A model generated the notes under the pieces. That model saw only the letters and a list, made by a program, of their open reading frames with translations. It searched no databases and had not been told where the DNA came from. This document shows positions 1 to 9,169 of a DNA stretch of 64,000 nt, piece by piece. The stretch lies in NCBI GenBank assembly GCA_001856825.1, contig ATMD01000001.1:389078-453077 (forward strand), read 5' to 3'. This stretch comes from Thermoplasmatales archaeon I-plasma. GTDB lineage: Archaea; Thermoplasmatota; Thermoplasmata; Thermoplasmatales; GCA-001856825. Within the stretch, counting starts at the first letter, position 1; every line of letters starts with the position of its first letter. Position numbers and translations under genes: made by a program.

Positions 1-558
1 TGTTCTGTGTTCACTTTAATCGGCTCTGGATTCCAGGCAGAGACGCAGCTTGAAGGAATTCTTAGCCTTTCTGATCCCATTGAAATAAGGGTGTATTCGA
101 GGACGGCATCTCACAGCAGGAATTTCGCCCAGAGAATGAGCAAGAAATTTGGCAGGGAAATTAAGGACTATAGTGACATAGGCAAGGCACTTTACGGTGC
201 AGATGTAATTACTTGCATTACTTCGTCCTACGAGCCTCTAATTAGTGACATTTCATTCTTGGAAAGGTACCACCTTAACATAGCCGGTTCTAACATCCTA
301 GCTAGAAGAGAGGTTTCTGAAGCAGTGATTAGGGATGCCAACCTTGTAGTAGTTGAGCACCTAGAACAGGCGTTTAGGGAGTCTTCAGAGATTTCAGACT
401 TCGTCAACGGAGGTGGTATGCCCATTGAGTTCAAGGAGGTAGTAGGTGAAAGTCAAAAATTCAGTCATTTTAGGAAGACAATTTTCAAGACGATGGGGAT
501 AGGGCTGGAGGACATCGCCTGCGCTTGGTACGTGCTGGATAGAATGAACCTGGTATGA
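1..558 (+). CDS. Ornithine cyclodeaminase/mu-crystallin/alanine dehydrogenase family protein (5'-truncated by window)
   Basis: Motifs IGSGFQA, YSRT, ADVITCITSS, FKTMGIGLEDIA; frame is open to position 1. Confidence 0.85.
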   Translation, partial: CSVFTLIGSGFQAETQLEGILSLSDPIEIRVYSRTASHSRNFAQRMSKKFGREIKDYSDIGKALYGADVITCITSSYEPLISDISFLERYHLNIAGSNILARREVSEAVIRDANLVVVEHLEQAFRESSEISDFVNGGGMPIEFKEVVGESQKFSHFRKTIFKTMGIGLEDIACAWYVLDRMNLV

Positions 559-626
559 CTGAGGGCAGCTATCCAATTAATCACCTTATTGATTCCTTAA
601 ATAATCGCACGCAATGCGTGGTGCAC

Positions 627-1893
627 ATGCAAAAGTACGATCTGTTGATCGTTGGGGCTGGCGTGACTGGTCTATCGTCAGCTTATCACATAAAGAAGGA
701 CAATCCTGACCTGAATATCTGTATTGTTGACAAATGGAGCACCTACGCCCCAGGGGAATACGGCAAAAAGCGATGCAGCATTCAGAGATGTTTTCACCTC
801 TGATACCAACTACAAACTAGCCTCCTCGTCAATATCGTTTTACAAATCTATCCAGGAAGGTGGATTCAATCTCGGGATGCATTTTAACGGCTACCTCTTT
901 CTAATGGATGAGAGGAATTTAAAATCGATGGCTGTACAAAGTCTCTTGAAGAGGGTGAAATCTAAGGTCATAAGCAGGGAGGAAATTTCTGAGTTAGGGA
1001 TTAAAACTGACACCGATCCAGAGGCAGCTAAAATAATGGGATTAAAGAATATAGATGGTGGCTTCGTAGGGGAGAACTGTGGTATAATGGAGCCTGACTT
1101 GCTTGCATCCTATTACGTCAGGGAGCTGGAGAATATGGGAGGAGTTGAATTCAGGTACAACACCAACGTAACAAGATTAAACCTCTCCCCGCGTACGAAG
1201 TTAAATTTCCCAGGTGAGCCATTCATTTGGCAGGATAAGATCATCGAGTCCATTGAGACAAAATCCAGTGAATTATTTGCTGATCATTTCCTGCTTGCAA
1301 CAGATGTCTGGACCAGCGACCTTACCAGTCCTCTAGGAATAGACCCATTCACTCAACCAAAGAAGGTACAGGTATTCCAGGTACAGAGTAATGGCATCGT
1401 TGAAATGATGAAGAAAAAAGTAACCGGTGAAGAAGACATATTCCCTTTCACGATCCTTCCAGGTCCGTCTATTGATCTCAGACCAGACCCTAAATCTAGG
1501 ACTTTCTGGGTCTCATATAGCGAGGGAATAGGAAGAGGATTCTCCCTGGAGGAGAACCCGATGGCTGAGGCAGACTATTACTCAAACAATCTATACCCAG
1601 TGCTAAGGGAATACATTCCCGCATTCGAGGATGCGAGGATCATGTCTAGTTGGGCCGGGTACTACTCAATGAACAACATGGACGGAACATATGTTCTTGA
1701 GAGGAACATGAACCTCTCAGTTGTAACTGGCAGCAGTGGCAGTGGTATTATGAAGGCAGATGCAGCAGGCAGACTTGCATCTTCACTTTACTCTGGAAAG
1801 GAAAAGGCGAAATTATACGGTGGTGCTGAAATCAGAGTTGCAGACTTAGGTATCACAACCAGAAGGGTGGATCAGGAAACTCTCATAATCTGA
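627..1893 (+). CDS. FAD-dependent amino-acid oxidoreductase (DAO/sarcosine oxidase beta/proline dehydrogenase-like), frameshifted
   Basis: N-terminal YDLLIVGAGVTG Rossmann motif lies in one frame and QGNTAKS...SWAGYY...GSGIMKADAAG in another; removing one C from CCCC at 748-751 joins them. Confidence 0.85.
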
Positions 1894-1940
1894 GAATCTA
1901 CATACCACAAAGGATATTCACATTACTGTCATTCGACGAT

Positions 1941-2924
1941 ATGCCATTATTGAATAGGAAGTTGCCTTTTGAAGTGAAGAAATTCACAATTAACGGCAGA
2001 AGCTTGAAGGGAAACTTACCCAATGATCCAGAGGAAAGAGAAGTCATCGTTCTGGAAAGGAACGTTAATGACAAAACCCCAGCACTTATAGGATTAGCAG
2101 GATTCTTCGGAAGTTCCGTGAGTTTTCTCAACAGGTCCTACAGCAGTCATGATTTTTTTCGTGCAATGGAAAGGATTTCTGAGAGGAAGTCTAGTTCATT
2201 CCTTATATTTCTGCCAGATACGATGACATCCTACTTCGGCAACCAGTATGTGAATTCGACTGCAGTAGGCAATTATGAGGATTTCATAGTTAAGGACGTG
2301 CTAAATTTCATAAACAGTAAATATGGTAGGAGAAAGGTTGGTCTGTTCGGGAAATCCTCGGGTGGCTTTGGATCATACAATCTCGCATCAAGACATCCCG
2401 AAATTTTCGACGGTTTCATAGATGTTTCTGGCGATTCAGGGTTTGAGTACTGCTATCTTAAGGACTTTCCAGATGCTATCTCTCAGCTGGAAGGTACGAC
2501 AATCAAAAAATTTATGAAACATTTCAATGAAAAACCACGCCCAAACAATTCTGAACTTGGTACGATGAATACGATTGCGATGTCTGCCTTCTATTCTCCA
2601 AATGGAAGTAAAGGAGTAGGGTTCGACCTTCCATTCAGCACTAAGTACCATACATTTAGAGAAGATATCTGGAGGAAGTGGTTGGAATTTGATCCGTTAA
2701 GGAACATAGAAGAAAGGATTGAAAACATTAGGGACCAGAAAGTGATACTTCAGGTAGGAAAGAGGGACGAATTTTCCATTAACATTGGCATGAAAGGGAT
2801 GAGCAAGCTCTTGACAAAGAATAAGATTAGGCACGAATACAAGGAGTATGACGAAGGACATTTTGGAATAGAGTATCTCTATGAGGAATCCATACCATCA
2901 TTGATAGATGCACTTCTAGACTGA
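1941..2924 (+). CDS. Alpha/beta hydrolase (enterochelin esterase-like putative esterase)
   Basis: GKSSGG nucleophile elbow, GKRDE, EGH; YVNS..GNYEDFI motif. Confidence 0.8.
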   Translation: MPLLNRKLPFEVKKFTINGRSLKGNLPNDPEEREVIVLERNVNDKTPALIGLAGFFGSSVSFLNRSYSSHDFFRAMERISERKSSSFLIFLPDTMTSYFGNQYVNSTAVGNYEDFIVKDVLNFINSKYGRRKVGLFGKSSGGFGSYNLASRHPEIFDGFIDVSGDSGFEYCYLKDFPDAISQLEGTTIKKFMKHFNEKPRPNNSELGTMNTIAMSAFYSPNGSKGVGFDLPFSTKYHTFREDIWRKWLEFDPLRNIEERIENIRDQKVILQVGKRDEFSINIGMKGMSKLLTKNKIRHEYKEYDEGHFGIEYLYEESIPSLIDALLD

Positions 2925-2954
2925 TTGTGTTTGCGGAAGGTATCAAGTCAATAA

Positions 2955-3389
2955 TCACGAATATTTGTCCATCAGTTCATTGAGTTTTTTCAGCGTTTCT
3001 TTCAGTTCAGTAAGGTCTTCTTTAGTCATATTCCTGAATAAAGATTCGATGCTCCTGTTCTTCAGTTTTTCCATCTCCCTGCACTTTTCCATTCCCTTTG
3101 CAGTAAGATTGACCACGTAGCTCCTCCTGTCTGGTCCCCTCTTCCTCTTTACCAATTTGAGGTCCTCAAGAATGTCTACGGAAGCCGTTATTAATGCATT
3201 TGATAAACCTGTGGAGTCAGAAAGGTCACTCATTGTCTGTTCACCTGAGCTCTCACAGATCTTGTTCAGGACGTAGAATTCACTTGATTTTAGATCCTTC
3301 AGGTTCGCATTGATCTCTTCCAGTATCTTTCTCCTCAGTTTTCTGAGCGACGTCAGCTGGTCAAGTATCATCGCGTATTCGTTCTTCAT
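2955..3389 (-). CDS. MarR family transcriptional regulator
   Basis: wHTH with DRRSYVVNLTAKG signature; overlaps the stop of the MFS gene. Confidence 0.9.
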   Translation of the reverse strand: MKNEYAMILDQLTSLRKLRRKILEEINANLKDLKSSEFYVLNKICESSGEQTMSDLSDSTGLSNALITASVDILEDLKLVKRKRGPDRRSYVVNLTAKGMEKCREMEKLKNRSIESLFRNMTKEDLTELKETLKKLNELMDKYS

Positions 3390-5131
3390 TACTTGCTCCC
3401 ATGGCCAGGTGATGGATCATTGCTTGGGCTTTCGACGTTTTTCTTAATGTCCTTCTTAATAGCTTCCTTACCGTTAGTGTACCCCTCACCATGGACATAT
3501 CTTCCGCCACTGAGGGCAGAAAGAATTGCCCCTGCCACTGACATCGCTATGGCGACGTAAAGCGAATCCCTTAGACCAATAATGAACGATGGCCCTATGG
3601 AATTTGGGAAGAACGTAAGTGACATCAGGGATTTTAGTGCAGCTGGAGGTATCAGGTTCAGCATGGATGCAGGGAAACTGGCAGCAGGATTAATTCCTAG
3701 AAATGCAGCAAACAAGGCTCCGGAAGGGGGAATCTGGGATATTGCTGAAGCTATTGATTGAGGCAGACCTATAGATAAAGATGTTTGATAAAGCGATGCA
3801 GGAAGTTTGTCTGAGAATATTGTTATGGCTATTGAGAAGAATACGGCCATACTTATTGTCTGTCCTATGTTATTGAATGTAGTCCTCATACCGCTCCCTG
3901 CTCCTCTGCTCTCTTCGGGAAGTGAATTCATTACAGCGGTCGTATTGGGTGCTGCGAACAAGCCGCTTCCTATACCATTCAATAGCAGTATTAGTTCAAA
4001 CTGCCACAAATTGAAATTGAAAGGAAGCGTTGTCAGGAGATATAGAGAAATGGCAACGATGATCATACCTACGGTTGCAAAAGTACGCGCTCCGTATTTA
4101 TCCGTAAGTATTCCACCTATTGGTCCCAGTGCAATGAACCCGGCCATCATGGGAACCATGTATATCCCAGCCCAGAAAGGGGTTGAAGAATATGATATTC
4201 CGTGGAGGGGAAGGTATATCCCCTGGAGCCAGATAATTACCAGAAACATTATTGCTCCCCTCCCAAGTGATGACATGAAATTCGCCATGTTCCCATAATT
4301 GAATGCCCTGATCCTAAAAAGACTAAGATTGAAAAGTGGATATTTTACTCTCATCTCGATAAAAATGAAGGCAACGAGAAGAATTATTCCAGCAATGAAA
4401 GACGCTATGACCCAAGGGTTGTACCATCCCATTGCGGATGCTTTGTAGGGCACAAGAGCATAGGTAAAGCCTAAACTTATAAGGACTAGTCCTCCTCCAA
4501 GCCCTATGTTTCCCGCTATGTCCATAGGAACCTTCTCCCTCTTCCTTATTTGTTTGAGCTTGAAGACAGACCATAAGGACCCAGCCACAGCAAATGGGAT
4601 GTTTACAATGAATACAAGGTGCCAGTTGGCGGAGGCCAACAGTCCACCTGCAATGAGACCTATCAGCGACCCCGTTATGAAAGAAATCTGGTTGATTCCA
4701 AGTGCCCTTCCCCTCTCAGTTGGTCCAAAGGAATCAGTTATGAGCGCAGTGCTGTTTACCATAAGAAGTCCTCCGCCAACTGCCTGAACCATCCTGAATC
4801 CAATTAGCATCAATGCGCCAGTATTACCGGAATTATCTGGTATGATCGACAACAGGATAGAGCCAGCGGTAAATATGAGAAAACCAAGTGTGTACAGTCT
4901 CGTCCTACCATAAATGTCTGAAAGACGCCCAAATGTCACAAGGAGCGTGGCTAAAACAATACTGTAACCCATCATGACCCAGAGGAGCATAATGAATTCC
5001 CCTGAGGCCGTAGGGTCAATGTTCAATCCGCGAAAGATTGTTGGGAGTGAAATTAGAACAATCGTCATGTTAATTGAGGCCATCAGGCCACCAAGAGTAG
5101 TATTAACGAGGACTGTCCACTTGTATTCCAT
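3389..5131 (-). CDS. MFS drug-resistance transporter (DHA2, 14-TM type)
   Basis: GRLSDIYGR motif A, FRMVQAVGGG, many TM segments. Confidence 0.9.
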   Translation of the reverse strand: MEYKWTVLVNTTLGGLMASINMTIVLISLPTIFRGLNIDPTASGEFIMLLWVMMGYSIVLATLLVTFGRLSDIYGRTRLYTLGFLIFTAGSILLSIIPDNSGNTGALMLIGFRMVQAVGGGLLMVNSTALITDSFGPTERGRALGINQISFITGSLIGLIAGGLLASANWHLVFIVNIPFAVAGSLWSVFKLKQIRKREKVPMDIAGNIGLGGGLVLISLGFTYALVPYKASAMGWYNPWVIASFIAGIILLVAFIFIEMRVKYPLFNLSLFRIRAFNYGNMANFMSSLGRGAIMFLVIIWLQGIYLPLHGISYSSTPFWAGIYMVPMMAGFIALGPIGGILTDKYGARTFATVGMIIVAISLYLLTTLPFNFNLWQFELILLLNGIGSGLFAAPNTTAVMNSLPEESRGAGSGMRTTFNNIGQTISMAVFFSIAITIFSDKLPASLYQTSLSIGLPQSIASAISQIPPSGALFAAFLGINPAASFPASMLNLIPPAALKSLMSLTFFPNSIGPSFIIGLRDSLYVAIAMSVAGAILSALSGGRYVHGEGYTNGKEAIKKDIKKNVESPSNDPSPGHGSK

Positions 5132-5274
5132 TTACACGAAAGTTATTTCAGTAATAAAAGTTTTAGTGTTGAAGTATTTAAGGAGCCCGTAAAAGCTATG
5201 GCTGAATATGAGGGAAACAAGAGTTATATCTGCAATTTTGAAAGATATTATTTCATGGTGCGCAATATCCTGTC

Positions 5275-6090
5275 ATGGAGGATGTCCAGAAGACAATCTC
5301 GCAGCTTAGGGGTGATTACATTCACGGTTCTTCGTGGTACTTTGAAAAAATCGCCAATCTGATTGTTGGGATCACCAAAGGGGACTTAAAGTACCTAGTA
5401 GATTCAATACACTCAATTCGTCCGGGGATGGCCAGCATCTCAAACATTGAGCTCGTTTTGAAGACTACTAGTATACACTCAGATGAAGATTTGAGGAGGA
5501 TCGGTAGATTATTGCTAGACTATAAGAACAGGGCAAAGGAACGCTTGATTTCTGAGGTCAGGAAGGTCAAAATTAGGAGGGCGATAAGTATAAGCTACAG
5601 CAGCGCAGTAAGAACCTTTATCGAGGGTACTGGATTGGAGGAATTGGTGCTGCTTGAATCCAGGCCGGGTCATGAGTACAAAGCAGCCAAGCAGGATTAT
5701 GGAGAAATCTGCAATGTTACTGTGATACCGGACAGTGCCGCATATGCTTTTGCAAATTCGGTTGAAGCTGCTGTCCTAGGATTCGATGGTTTGTATTCAA
5801 ACGGTTACTTGGTCAACAAAGTAGGTTCAGTTCCTTTATGTCTATCAGCTAAAGAAGCTGGAATTGGGGTCTATGCCATAGGAGAATCATTCAAGGCCTC
5901 AAAAGATTATGTCGGGAGTATGAAGGAAAGAGAGACTAGAGGGAAGATTCCATCTAAAATTCAAACATTCGAGCGAGTTCCCCTCTCATTCATTGATAAA
6001 TTGATTACCGACACAGGCACATTTAGGAGACCCAGAAAGGAGACTGTCGGATTAATTCAGGCAGTATTTATTGACGGATTTTCTATCTAG
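5275..6090 (+). CDS. eIF-2B alpha/beta/delta-like protein (R15P isomerase superfamily)
   Basis: HGSS, RPGMA, ESRPGHE, GFDG, NKVGS, FE.VP...ITDTG motifs. Confidence 0.85.
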   Translation: MEDVQKTISQLRGDYIHGSSWYFEKIANLIVGITKGDLKYLVDSIHSIRPGMASISNIELVLKTTSIHSDEDLRRIGRLLLDYKNRAKERLISEVRKVKIRRAISISYSSAVRTFIEGTGLEELVLLESRPGHEYKAAKQDYGEICNVTVIPDSAAYAFANSVEAAVLGFDGLYSNGYLVNKVGSVPLCLSAKEAGIGVYAIGESFKASKDYVGSMKERETRGKIPSKIQTFERVPLSFIDKLITDTGTFRRPRKETVGLIQAVFIDGFSI

Positions 6091-6154
6091 GAATATATGA
6101 AGAAGGAGAATGCTAGAAGGAAACGAATAAGACTCAGTCTGCACTGCCATACAC

Positions 6155-6923
6155 ATGAAAGCGTGCGTCCTAACGATCGGAAATGAAATACTTAAAGGAA
6201 AGACAGTGAATACAAACGCAGCAGAGATTGGTAGAATGCTTTACTTTGCTGGATATGAGGTGTATCGAGGACTTGTTGTTCCGGACGTAAAAGAGGAGAT
6301 CGGTCAGGCCTTCAGGTCCCTTGTAGGCATCTGTGATGTAATCGTGTCGACAGGAGGCCTTGGACCAACTTTCGATGATATGACCATATCGTCATTTGCA
6401 GATGAATTCAACATCCCTTTGGAATTGAATGAGGATGTTTACAAGGAGATAAGAGCTAGGACGGAAAGGAGCGGAATGGAAATGACGAAGGAACGTGAAA
6501 AGATGGCTCTAGTCCCCAAAGGGTTCAATAATACTGAAGAACGACGTAGGGACTGCTCCTGGTATTGAGTACAAAATGGGGTCCACACGTATCTTTCTTA
6601 CTCCAGGTGTCCCATCTGAAATGAGGTCTATGCTGAGTTTGATAGAGAGAGAAATTAAGCTTAAGGACAGTTTCTATTTCGAAGACTCAGTAGTTATAGT
6701 GGGGATCTATGAGGCTTCGCTGGCTCCATACATCACGAAGCTCATGAACGAATACGGTGGTACTGTGTACATAAAGTCGCACCCTAGTATTAAAGATGGG
6801 AGGGAATCATCACTTGAAGTAGAAGTGTCTGCAAAGTCTGATACCTTGGATAACTCAAGGAGGGTAGTTCTAGAAGTGCTGGATAAGATAAGATCAATAG
6901 AACGAGAAATAAAGTCTCATTGA
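6155..6923 (+). CDS. CinA-like molybdopterin-binding (MocF) domain protein, frameshifted
   Basis: IGNEILKG..VNTN, TGGLGPTFDDMT, PGVPSEM, YIKSHP. One extra base in CCCCAAAGGG at 6514-6523 breaks the expected PKGS..N.VGTAPG. Confidence 0.85.
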
Positions 6924-7018
6924 GTGCCTCATTTCCCATCCCGTAGTTAGACAACAGTCTTTCAAACGGTCTAAGACCTATAGAACCGTATATCTAACAA
7001 CTTACATCGCAAGAGAAT

Positions 7019-7453
7019 TCACACATCATCCGGGACATCATAGTTGCAGTATACGTCTTCGTCTTTATTTGTTTCAAGCAAGGAGATAGCCCTATCAATT
7101 AATATCAACTTTCTTCCTGTCACCACTGAATCAATGGTCTCCTCATTTTCGGAAATTGCACTTGCAAGTATGGAATATCTCTTTTTCTCCAATTCACTTA
7201 TTAGTACAGACTTGGCTCTGTCTTTTGCCGTTTCAAAGTCATTACCTGCAGTTACCTTCTTTATATACAAGAGGTATAGCAGGTTAGAGAAGAAAATGTC
7301 CCTAGCTACTTCAAAATACCCATTGGTCTTCTTCGAGAACTCTATGCTATGCAACGATATTAGTAGCCTAGAATCTTCATCGCTCGGGTAGATCCCCTTT
7401 CTATATTCCTTCATTAATCTCTCTTTTGAAGCTAATTCCTGAGACGTTGTCAT
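7019..7453 (-). CDS. Hypothetical protein (144 aa, helical, acidic C-terminus)
   Basis: Long ORF in AT-rich DNA; GGAGGGG RBS at the end of the upstream ORF, 1-nt gap. Confidence 0.65.
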   Translation of the reverse strand: MTTSQELASKERLMKEYRKGIYPSDEDSRLLISLHSIEFSKKTNGYFEVARDIFFSNLLYLLYIKKVTAGNDFETAKDRAKSVLISELEKKRYSILASAISENEETIDSVVTGRKLILIDRAISLLETNKDEDVYCNYDVPDDV

Positions 7454-7454
7454 T

Positions 7455-7877
7455 TCAAATTGCCCCTCCTTTTCCTTTAAGTGACATTATTTCACCAAAA
7501 ATATTAAAATTTTTATCAAACTCAAAAATGGAATTTTGTCTAGACAATGAATTATTCGGTATTCCTAATGTCAGTTTAGATTTTAAATCCCATTTATCGG
7601 CTAAACCGAGAATATCATATCCTTTACTGCCGGTGAACCAGTTCAACGTTGTAACTGACAGTCCAACTTTGTCGGCTCTGCAAGGAGAAGAGAGGCTATT
7701 GTAGGGGGCAGGCTCCTCAACTGAAGAGGGGGATACATTCTTCAGGGGGAATCCCTTCCTCTGCCACAGCCAATTTTCTCCAGCTTCCGATATGTCATCG
7801 CCGTTTACCGATATTACGAAGTACTGTGAAGGGTTACTTCGCATCGCCCACACAGGACTTGTATATTCAGTTTTCAT
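7455..7877 (-). CDS. Hypothetical protein (about 140 aa)
   Basis: Long ORF, coupled to 7019-7453; ATG at 7877 preferred; no recognised motif. Confidence 0.55.
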   Translation of the reverse strand: MKTEYTSPVWAMRSNPSQYFVISVNGDDISEAGENWLWQRKGFPLKNVSPSSVEEPAPYNSLSSPCRADKVGLSVTTLNWFTGSKGYDILGLADKWDLKSKLTLGIPNNSLSRQNSIFEFDKNFNIFGEIMSLKGKGGAI

Positions 7878-7922
7878 TTTATTTCCAATCAAGTAATCGA
7901 TGGGGGGTATTCAATAGTATGA

Positions 7923-7949
7923 TAAAGTTAGAAAATTTTTCTAACTTTA
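7923..7949. promoter_or_regulatory. Perfect 27-bp palindrome TAAAGTTAGAAAA-T-TTTTCTAACTTTA, putative operator
   Basis: 13-bp perfect inverted arms, centred at 7936 between divergent starts at 7877 and 7997. Confidence 0.7.
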
Positions 7950-7996
7950 CAGTAGTATCGAAATACCAGTTAATTATAGAATCTCGGGGGATTAGA

Positions 7997-8092
7997 ATGT
8001 TTGACATAATTGCAATGGTGCTTTCCCTAAGTGCATTCACTTTCTTCGCAATTGTGAAGTCACTTGGTGGAGCCTTTATGGGAAGCGGATAG
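7997..8092 (+). CDS. Small hydrophobic peptide, 31 aa (MFDIIAMVLSLSAFTFFAIVKSLGGAFMGSG)
   Basis: ATG preceded by GGGGGA (7986-7991) and a TATA-like TAATTATA (7971-7978); one hydrophobic helix plus a Gly-rich tail. Confidence 0.55.
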   Translation: MFDIIAMVLSLSAFTFFAIVKSLGGAFMGSG

Positions 8093-8116
8093 GCATATAT
8101 TGCCCTTTTAATCTAC

Positions 8117-8142
8117 TTTCTAACTTTTTTATACTTTATATT
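8117..8142 (+). promoter_or_regulatory. Operator half-site TTTCTAACTTT abutting TATA-like boxes upstream of 8154
   Basis: 11-bp identity to the right arm of the 7923-7949 palindrome, followed by TTTATA twice. Confidence 0.5.
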
Positions 8143-8153
8143 ATTCCAACATA

Positions 8154-9110
8154 ATGGTTTTAGGTCAGAAGGAAGGCGTCTGTCCCGTTTGCGGAGAAAA
8201 GGCGAAGGTTACAAACAAATGGGTCTTGAATAGGTATGGGAAGCGCTATGATTATTTTCTGTACCATCACGATGGATTTATCCATTATTCAAACCAAAAT
8301 TTTAGAAATTCAAAATATTTCCGTAAGGGCCAATTGGAAAATATACTTATAGAAACAATTAACTCTCAAGATTTCAAATTAGGCTCCTTCAGAATAAATG
8401 ACCTAAGAAATATTCTCGTCAAAGATTACCCAGAGGTTGGGTTCAGTTCGATTAAGGTTAGTTTAAATAGACTTGCGTTGGTTGGCATTATAGAGAAGCA
8501 GAAGAAGGGAAGAAGCCTATTCTACGTTAACACAGTTTCCAAAGAAAGGCTCAGCTATATAATCGAGAGCATTAATGTGTCACTTGATGATGTAAATGAT
8601 GATAATATGTTCACGAGGCATTTATTTTATTATAAGATTAGAAATGATCACTCTTGGCCATTATTTTATGTTCCTTTTAGGGCAGTAGGGGATGTAGAAG
8701 CAGAGTTTGAAAATTTATTAATGAAAGCAAAAGATCCTACTAGCTCTAAGGACATAAGGTTGATGGTAATAGAAGATACTGATAATGATAAGCGGATTTT
8801 GTTAAAACTACCCACACCGTTACTTCCAAATGAAGATAGGAAAATTGCTATAGAATACCAATGGCCCGAGCCGAAACAGCTGTTTGTATATTCATCAGCT
8901 ACTAAAATGAATAATTTCAACTTTTCAATCTCAGGTAATAGACCAATAAAGCTTAGCGTCTCTCTAACTAGCGCATCTAGAAACGAGACCCTTGACCTAA
9001 CGAAGGAAGTTAGTGAAAGTTCTTCAGAGAATAGGAAATATATCTGTAGCATTGTACTAAAAGACGTAGAACCATTTTCAGTACTTCAGTTAAGGTGGAA
9101 GCAAAATTGA
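8154..9110 (+). CDS. Putative DNA-binding protein: Zn-finger (CPVC...HH.GFIH), winged helix, beta-rich C-terminal domain
   Basis: CxxC plus His pair; central wHTH-like SIKVSLNRLALVGIIEKQKKGRSLFY; alternating beta-strand pattern ending LQLRW. Confidence 0.75.
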   Translation: MVLGQKEGVCPVCGEKAKVTNKWVLNRYGKRYDYFLYHHDGFIHYSNQNFRNSKYFRKGQLENILIETINSQDFKLGSFRINDLRNILVKDYPEVGFSSIKVSLNRLALVGIIEKQKKGRSLFYVNTVSKERLSYIIESINVSLDDVNDDNMFTRHLFYYKIRNDHSWPLFYVPFRAVGDVEAEFENLLMKAKDPTSSKDIRLMVIEDTDNDKRILLKLPTPLLPNEDRKIAIEYQWPEPKQLFVYSSATKMNNFNFSISGNRPIKLSVSLTSASRNETLDLTKEVSESSSENRKYICSIVLKDVEPFSVLQLRWKQN

Positions 9111-9169
9111 GATGATGTCTGGCAGAACATACAGAAATTTGAATACCTAAGTATACAATTGTGGATTTA

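Noticed and set aside
5143-5157. TTATT-N5-AATAA inverted repeat upstream of the MFS-MarR operon
   Set aside because: Plausible MarR operator, but 5-bp AT-only arms are too weak to support
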